A stretch of DNA of 64,000 nucleotides from Candidatus Eiseniibacteriota bacterium (GTDB lineage: Bacteria > Eisenbacteria > RBG-16-71-46), in NCBI GenBank assembly GCA_044223005.1, contig JBGAML010000005.1, forward strand, positions 192,001 through 256,000, read 5' to 3'. The notes under the pieces are model-generated. The model was not told the DNA's origin and did not search any database. It saw only the letters and a list, made by a program, of their open reading frames with translations. Positions 59,083 to 64,000 of this stretch are shown one piece after another (position 1 is the first letter of the stretch; the number at the start of each line of letters is the position of its first letter). The translations under genes were made by a program, and so were the position numbers.

Positions 59083-60189
59083 TCAGGTCACCGCGCAGCG
59101 GGCGCAGGCCACGTGGCCGCGGGCGCGCACCAGCATCTCCGCCAGCGCCCCGCAGGTCGGGCACGCCGGCAGCGCCGGGCGGCCCCTCGCCACGTCCACG
59201 AGCGAGCGCAGCTTGACCCGGACGGCGCCCGCCTTGAGCTCTTGCTCGAGGTCGGCGACCGGCCACGACCATTCCTCGAGGCCCCAGAGCCGCACCTCGG
59301 TGCGCATCTCCCAGCGGTGACGGATCTCGGCGGCCCGGCGTTCCCACTCCAGCTTGAGCGAGGTCGCGTCGCCGTGCTCGAGCTCGTGCTCGTCGTGCCC
59401 GATCCGGCGGCGGAGGCGGTCCTCCTCCTCCTCGATGCGCGCCGAGAAGAACGCCCCGAGGCGCTCCAGTTCGTCGTCGCGGAGCCGGCCGACGGACGTC
59501 TCCCACTCGGCCTCGCGCTCGTCGGCGAGCGCCTCGAGCGTCTGGCGCGCGCTCTCGAGCCAGCGCTCGCGCAGCTCGGGCTCGAGCTCCTCGCCCATCT
59601 GGTAGAGCCCCTCGCGCGGGCGCACCTCCGGCACCTGTGGGGCCTGCGCGCGTTCGAGCACCTCACCCCCGCTGCCGACCAGCACGACCCACTGCTCCTG
59701 CCACGGCAGCCCGCCCCAGCGCGTGATCACGGCGTGGAACGCGACGCGCCGCTCGTAGCGCACGGGCCCGAGCCGCGGCGGGCTCCACGTGAGGCCGCGC
59801 ACTTTGCACACGCCCGCGAGTCCGTCCGCCGGCGCGCCGGGCACCTGCGCGAGCGCGGTGCGGCGCGTGAACGCCGGCTCGGCGAGCGCAGCCTCGAGGA
59901 TGCGGCGGCCCGCCGAGCTGCCGGGCGCGGTGAACCATGCGCCACGCGGCACGGTCGGGCGCGCGGGATCGAACACCAGCCGCACGCGCTGGCGGCGCCA
60001 GCGCTTCTGCAGCGCGGCCGACAGCAGCACTTCCCAGTCGCCGCGCGGGGCATCCTCGACCGAGCAGCCCACCATGCCCAGCCAGCGCCCGACGAACGCC
60101 CGCCACTCCGGCTGCTCCGCGGCGGTCTCGCCGCGCGGGATCGCGGGTGTCTCGGCGGCGCGCTTGCGCGTGGCGGTCTTCGGCGTCAC
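59083..60189 (-). CDS. YqhG-like protein with coiled coil and C-terminal Zn finger
   Basis: GTGA overlap with SNF2 gene; acidic coiled coil; CPTCG...HVACARC. Confidence 0.7.
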   Translation of the reverse strand: MTPKTATRKRAAETPAIPRGETAAEQPEWRAFVGRWLGMVGCSVEDAPRGDWEVLLSAALQKRWRRQRVRLVFDPARPTVPRGAWFTAPGSSAGRRILEAALAEPAFTRRTALAQVPGAPADGLAGVCKVRGLTWSPPRLGPVRYERRVAFHAVITRWGGLPWQEQWVVLVGSGGEVLERAQAPQVPEVRPREGLYQMGEELEPELRERWLESARQTLEALADEREAEWETSVGRLRDDELERLGAFFSARIEEEEDRLRRRIGHDEHELEHGDATSLKLEWERRAAEIRHRWEMRTEVRLWGLEEWSWPVADLEQELKAGAVRVKLRSLVDVARGRPALPACPTCGALAEMLVRARGHVACARCAVT

Positions 60190-62180
60190 TGGCCCGAGCC
60201 CTCGTCCTCGTGGTCCGCCGGTCCGCGGAAGAGCCAGCTCTGGTTGTCGCGCTGCTGCTGGTAGAGCTTGCGCGCGGTGACCAGGTGCTGCGCGAGCTCG
60301 CCGAAGCGCTTCTTGCGAACGCGCGGCGAGCGCGACTCGGTCCAGCGCCGGAACACCTCGTCCTCGAACGAGCCGTGCGTGTTCCACGCGCCGAGGATCT
60401 CCTCCATCTCGCCGACGACCAGCTCGAACATGCGGATCTTGCGCTCGAGGATCTCGAGCACGTAGGCCTCGATCGTCCCGCGCGCGACCAGGTTGGTGAC
60501 GCGCACCGGGTGCTCCTGGCCGAGCCGGTGCACGCGGCCGATGCGCTGCTCGAGCCGCATCGGGTTCCACGGCAGGTCGTAGTTGATCACGTTGCGCGCG
60601 TACTGCAGGTTGCGCCCCTCGCCGCCGGCTTCGGTACTGACCAGGACCTGGTCGCGCAAGCGGAACGCCTCGAGCGAGTCCTCCTTCTCGCGCCAGCCCA
60701 TCTCGCCGTGGAAGACCTGGTGCGACAGCCCCGCGTCGTTGAGCGCGTTCACGATCGCGTCCTGCGTCGCGCGGAACTGCGTGAACACGATCGCCTTCTC
60801 GCCCTGGAGCGCGGTGATCGAGCGCAGCAGCGTCTTGATCTTGCTCGGGTCGGCGCTGAGCGCCGCCGCGCGGTCGGCGAACGCGCGCACGCGCTTCGGG
60901 TCGAGCCCGTCCGGGTGTGACGCCAGCCGCAGCAGCGTGCCGGCGGCGGCGGCCCACGACGAGCCCATCTCCTTCTGCAGCACCATCAGCGTGAAGTAGT
61001 GCGGCTTGCCGGGCTGCCCGGCGTCGCCGTGCACGGCGTCCGCGACGAACTCGCTCACCTGCTTGTAGAGGTTGCGCTCGGCGACGTTCTGCGGCACCCA
61101 CAGCGTGTCGACCTTGCGCGGCGCGAACGTCAGCTGCGTGTCGCCCCGCCGCGTGCGGATCATGACGCTGCGCAGCAGGCGCCGCAGCCGGGGCGTGTTG
61201 CGCGGCGTGCGCTTGTCGTGGCCGGAGAGGAAGTCGCGCCGGAACTGCGAGAACGTCCCGACCGTTCCCGGGCGCACGAGCGTGACGAGGTTGTAGAGCT
61301 CGCGCAGGTCGTTCTGCACCGGTGTCGCGGTGAGCAGCAGCAGGTAGCGGGGATTGAGGTCGTTGATGAACTTCCAGCCCAGCGTGAGGTGGTTGCGCAG
61401 GCGGTGCGCCTCGTCGACCACCACCATGTCGTAGTTCGCGCCGCGCACGCGCCGGCGATGGCGTTCGTGGCGCGCGGTCTCGAGCGACGAGATCACGAGC
61501 GGATGCCGCCCCCACTGCCCCGCCGGTCCGCGCGAGACCACGAAGTCGAGCTCGAACTTCTCCCACAGCTCGGCGCGCCACTGTTCGCACAGCGACGCCG
61601 GCACGAGCACGAGCACGGTCCGCACCGCCCCGCGCAGCAGGTACTCCTTGAGCACGATGCCCGCCTCGACCGTCTTGCCGAGGCCGACCTCGTCCGCGAG
61701 GATCCCGCGCCCGCCGAAGTCGCGCAGCACGCGCAGGCAGGCATCCACCTGGTGCGGGAACCGTTCGACGCCGCGCAGCGAGTCGAGCGACAGCAGCCGG
61801 TCGGCGCTCGCCCAGCCCGCCCATTCCTCGGCCTGCGCGCGCGCGTCGAAGTGCGCCTGCGACTCCGAGCCGTTCGCGAGCCAGCGCTCGAGCAGCCGGT
61901 CGCCCTGCGGATGCCACGCGCGCCGCGGCCCCGACGCGCGCGGGACCAGCGGCAGCGGTTCGTCGTCGCGCCCGTCCCCCGCCACCACCGTCTCGCGCGA
62001 CCGCGAGCCGTCGACGATCTCCCAGTCGCGCGCGGCCGAGAGCCGGCGCAGCTGGCCGTCGAACACGACCTCGAGCACCTCGCGGCCGCGGTCGGTGTGC
62101 ACCTCGACGATCAGTCCCTCGCCGAAGAGCGGGTGGTGGAGCCGCTGCCCCACCTGGTAACGGGCGTCGTTCACGTCCAC
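60186..62180 (-). CDS. SNF2-family ATPase (YqhH/RapA-like) with N-terminal Tudor-like domain
   Basis: LADEVGLGKT, VDEAH, LLTATPVQN, STEAGGEGRNLQ, DLPWNPMRLEQRIGRVHRLGQ. Confidence 0.92.
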   Translation of the reverse strand: MDVNDARYQVGQRLHHPLFGEGLIVEVHTDRGREVLEVVFDGQLRRLSAARDWEIVDGSRSRETVVAGDGRDDEPLPLVPRASGPRRAWHPQGDRLLERWLANGSESQAHFDARAQAEEWAGWASADRLLSLDSLRGVERFPHQVDACLRVLRDFGGRGILADEVGLGKTVEAGIVLKEYLLRGAVRTVLVLVPASLCEQWRAELWEKFELDFVVSRGPAGQWGRHPLVISSLETARHERHRRRVRGANYDMVVVDEAHRLRNHLTLGWKFINDLNPRYLLLLTATPVQNDLRELYNLVTLVRPGTVGTFSQFRRDFLSGHDKRTPRNTPRLRRLLRSVMIRTRRGDTQLTFAPRKVDTLWVPQNVAERNLYKQVSEFVADAVHGDAGQPGKPHYFTLMVLQKEMGSSWAAAAGTLLRLASHPDGLDPKRVRAFADRAAALSADPSKIKTLLRSITALQGEKAIVFTQFRATQDAIVNALNDAGLSHQVFHGEMGWREKEDSLEAFRLRDQVLVSTEAGGEGRNLQYARNVINYDLPWNPMRLEQRIGRVHRLGQEHPVRVTNLVARGTIEAYVLEILERKIRMFELVVGEMEEILGAWNTHGSFEDEVFRRWTESRSPRVRKKRFGELAQHLVTARKLYQQQRDNQSWLFRGPADHEDEGSGQ

Positions 62181-63580
62181 AAGTCGAACTCCTGGCCCTT
62201 CTCCGGCACGTGGACGGTCGCCCCCGTGCGTTCGCGCAGCTTCTCCGCCAGCGTGTCCGCGGGCCCGGGTTCGCCGTGCACGAGGAAGATCGTGGGCGGC
62301 ACCGGCTTCATGGACGTCACCCAGCGGATCAGCTCGTCCTGGTCGGCGTGCGCGCTGAAGCCGTCGAGCCCGGCGATCTCGGCGCGCACGCGCACCGGCT
62401 CGCCCAGCACGTTCACCGTCTCGGCGCCGTCGCGCAGCCGGCGGCCGAGCGTGCCGTCGCCCTGGTAGCCGACGAACAGCACCGTGTTGCGCGCATCGCC
62501 CAGCGCGTGCTGCAGGTGGTGCACCACGCGCCCGCCTTCGCACATGCCCGAGGCCGAGACGATGATGCAGGTGCCGTCGCTCTCGTCGAGCGCCCGGGAC
62601 TCGTCGGGCGAGCCCACGTAGCGCAGGCGCGAGAAGCCGAACGGCTCCCCGTTGCCGCTGGTGAACTGGGCGTAGGTCTGCTCGTCGAAGCACTCGGGGT
62701 GCTTCGCGAACACCGCCGTCGCGCTCCGGGCCATGGGGCTGTCGACGAAGATCGGCAGCTCGGGGATGCGCCCGGCGAGCGTCAGTTCGTGCAGCGTCGC
62801 CACGAGTTCCTGCGTGCGGCCGACCGCGAACGCCGGCACCAGCAGCCGGCCGCGGCGCTCGACCGTGCGCTTCACCGCGTCGATCAGCCCATCGATCGTG
62901 GCCTTCTCGTCGGCGTGCACGCGATCGCCGTACGTGCTCTCCATCACCAGCACATCGGGCGCCACCGGCGTCTCGGGGTCGCGCAGGATCGGCCGCTTCC
63001 AGCGCCCGAGATCACCGCCCATGCACACGCGCAGCGTCCGGCCCTCGGCCTCGAACTCGAGCGTCGTGATCGCCGAGCCGAGGATGTGCCCCGCGTCGTA
63101 GTAGGTGGCGCGCACGCCGGGAAGCGGCGAGAACGGCTCGTGGTAACCGTGCGTCTCGAAGCGCGCGAGCGTGCCCTCGACGTCCTCGAGCGTGTAGAGC
63201 GGCCGCCGCGGCGGGCGCCCGGCCTGCCCTCGGCGGTTCACGTGCTCGACGTCCTTCTGCATCAGGAACGCGCTGTCGGGCAGCATCACGCGCGACAGGT
63301 CGGCGGTCGCGGGCGTCATGTGGATCGGCCCGCGGTAACCCTGCGCCGTCAGCGTCGGCAGGTTGCCCGTGTGGTCGAGGTGCGCATGCGACACCACGAC
63401 GCTGTCCACTTCGCCCGGCGCGAAGAGGAACGAACGGTTGATGCGGTCCGCTTCGTCGCGGTGGCCCTGGTAGAGGCCGCAGTCGAACAGCAGCCGCTTG
63501 TTGCCGAAGCGGAGCAGGTGGCGCGAACCGGTGACGGTGCGCGCCGCGCCGTGGAACGCGATCGAGAGCGGAGTCTTCAT
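62171..63580 (-). CDS. MBL-fold beta-CASP ribonuclease (YSH1/CPSF73-like)
   Basis: VTGS, SHAHLDH, AGHILGS, MESTYG, FAVGRTQ, SGMCEGG, FSAHAD, VHGE. Confidence 0.93.
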   Translation of the reverse strand: MKTPLSIAFHGAARTVTGSRHLLRFGNKRLLFDCGLYQGHRDEADRINRSFLFAPGEVDSVVVSHAHLDHTGNLPTLTAQGYRGPIHMTPATADLSRVMLPDSAFLMQKDVEHVNRRGQAGRPPRRPLYTLEDVEGTLARFETHGYHEPFSPLPGVRATYYDAGHILGSAITTLEFEAEGRTLRVCMGGDLGRWKRPILRDPETPVAPDVLVMESTYGDRVHADEKATIDGLIDAVKRTVERRGRLLVPAFAVGRTQELVATLHELTLAGRIPELPIFVDSPMARSATAVFAKHPECFDEQTYAQFTSGNGEPFGFSRLRYVGSPDESRALDESDGTCIIVSASGMCEGGRVVHHLQHALGDARNTVLFVGYQGDGTLGRRLRDGAETVNVLGEPVRVRAEIAGLDGFSAHADQDELIRWVTSMKPVPPTIFLVHGEPGPADTLAEKLRERTGATVHVPEKGQEFDLWT

Positions 63581-63581
63581 G

Positions 63582-64000
63582 TCAGTACGCCGCGTAGAAC
63601 ATGACGCCCACGCTGGCGCGGACGTCGTGGTTGGTCTTCTGGTCGAGGAAGATGCTCGAGTACTTGGCCGACCCGGTGATGGCCCAGCTCCGGTACACGA
63701 ACCACTCGGCGCCGCCGGACACGCTCAGGTAGAAACCGTCGCCGTTGAGCGGGTACTGCGTGTCGCCGTTCTCGAGCCGGGCGTTGAGCTGCGCGAGCCC
63801 GGCGCCCGCGTTGACGTAGCGCGGCACGCGCGTGCGGGTGCCGAAGTACTGGTAGAGATCCACGCCCGCCAGCGTCAGCCGCAGCTGGTTGCGGGCCACG
63901 TTGTCCGAGTCGGGCGAGAACGCGGTCTGGCCGAGGTTCCGCCCGCGCGCCTTGAGCCGCTGGGCCTCGAACGACAGCCCCAGCGCCCGCTCGTAGCGCA
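63582..64000 (-). CDS. Outer membrane beta-barrel protein, 5'-truncated by window edge
   Basis: Frame open to the window end; YVNAGAG, GGAEWF, C-terminal VGVMFYAAY. Confidence 0.6.
   Translation of the reverse strand, partial: RYERALGLSFEAQRLKARGRNLGQTAFSPDSDNVARNQLRLTLAGVDLYQYFGTRTRVPRYVNAGAGLAQLNARLENGDTQYPLNGDGFYLSVSGGAEWFVYRSWAITGSAKYSSIFLDQKTNHDVRASVGVMFYAAY

Noticed and set aside
60190..61917. Apparent 944-aa ORF extending the YqhG-like gene
   Set aside because: The upstream part is an alternative frame of the SNF2 gene; the GTGA overlap at 60186-60189 marks the real start

Overview
High-GC bacterial chromosome segment made up mostly of core genes. The gene set resembles Candidatus Eisenbacteria or a related lineage, but that is a low-confidence inference. 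Plus strand: aroC, aroF, tRNA-Val, thrS, infC-rpmI-rplT-pheST, zapB/zapA-6S RNA-rny, a YmdB-FolD fusion, xseAB-ispA, dxs-nadK, recN, trpEGD-RDD-trpCFB (no trpA), an HNH protein, tRNA-Arg, a GGDEF gene with a sigma54 promoter, wbpB/D/E-like sugar genes, a PAS kinase/NtrC pair, lptE-holA-leuS, a radical SAM gene and an SSADH. After about 56.1 kb genes switch to the minus strand: GH57, TPR, and a beta-CASP nuclease/SNF2/YqhG-like operon. Best findings: (1) an unannotated Phe/Trp/Tyr-rich leader peptide with alternative hairpins before aroF; (2) an XerCD dif-like site whose XerD arm lies in a 22-bp inverted repeat; (3) a translationally coupled beta-CASP RNase + Tudor-SNF2 ATPase + Zn-finger operon; (4) the YmdB-FolD fusion; (5) an L20-type leader with terminator/antiterminator before AUU-initiated infC; (6) three apparently paralogous Trp-rich membrane proteins; (7) a perfect palindrome before a DNA-repair-type radical SAM gene. 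All calls come from reading the sequence and remembered motifs; no searches or folding programs were run.
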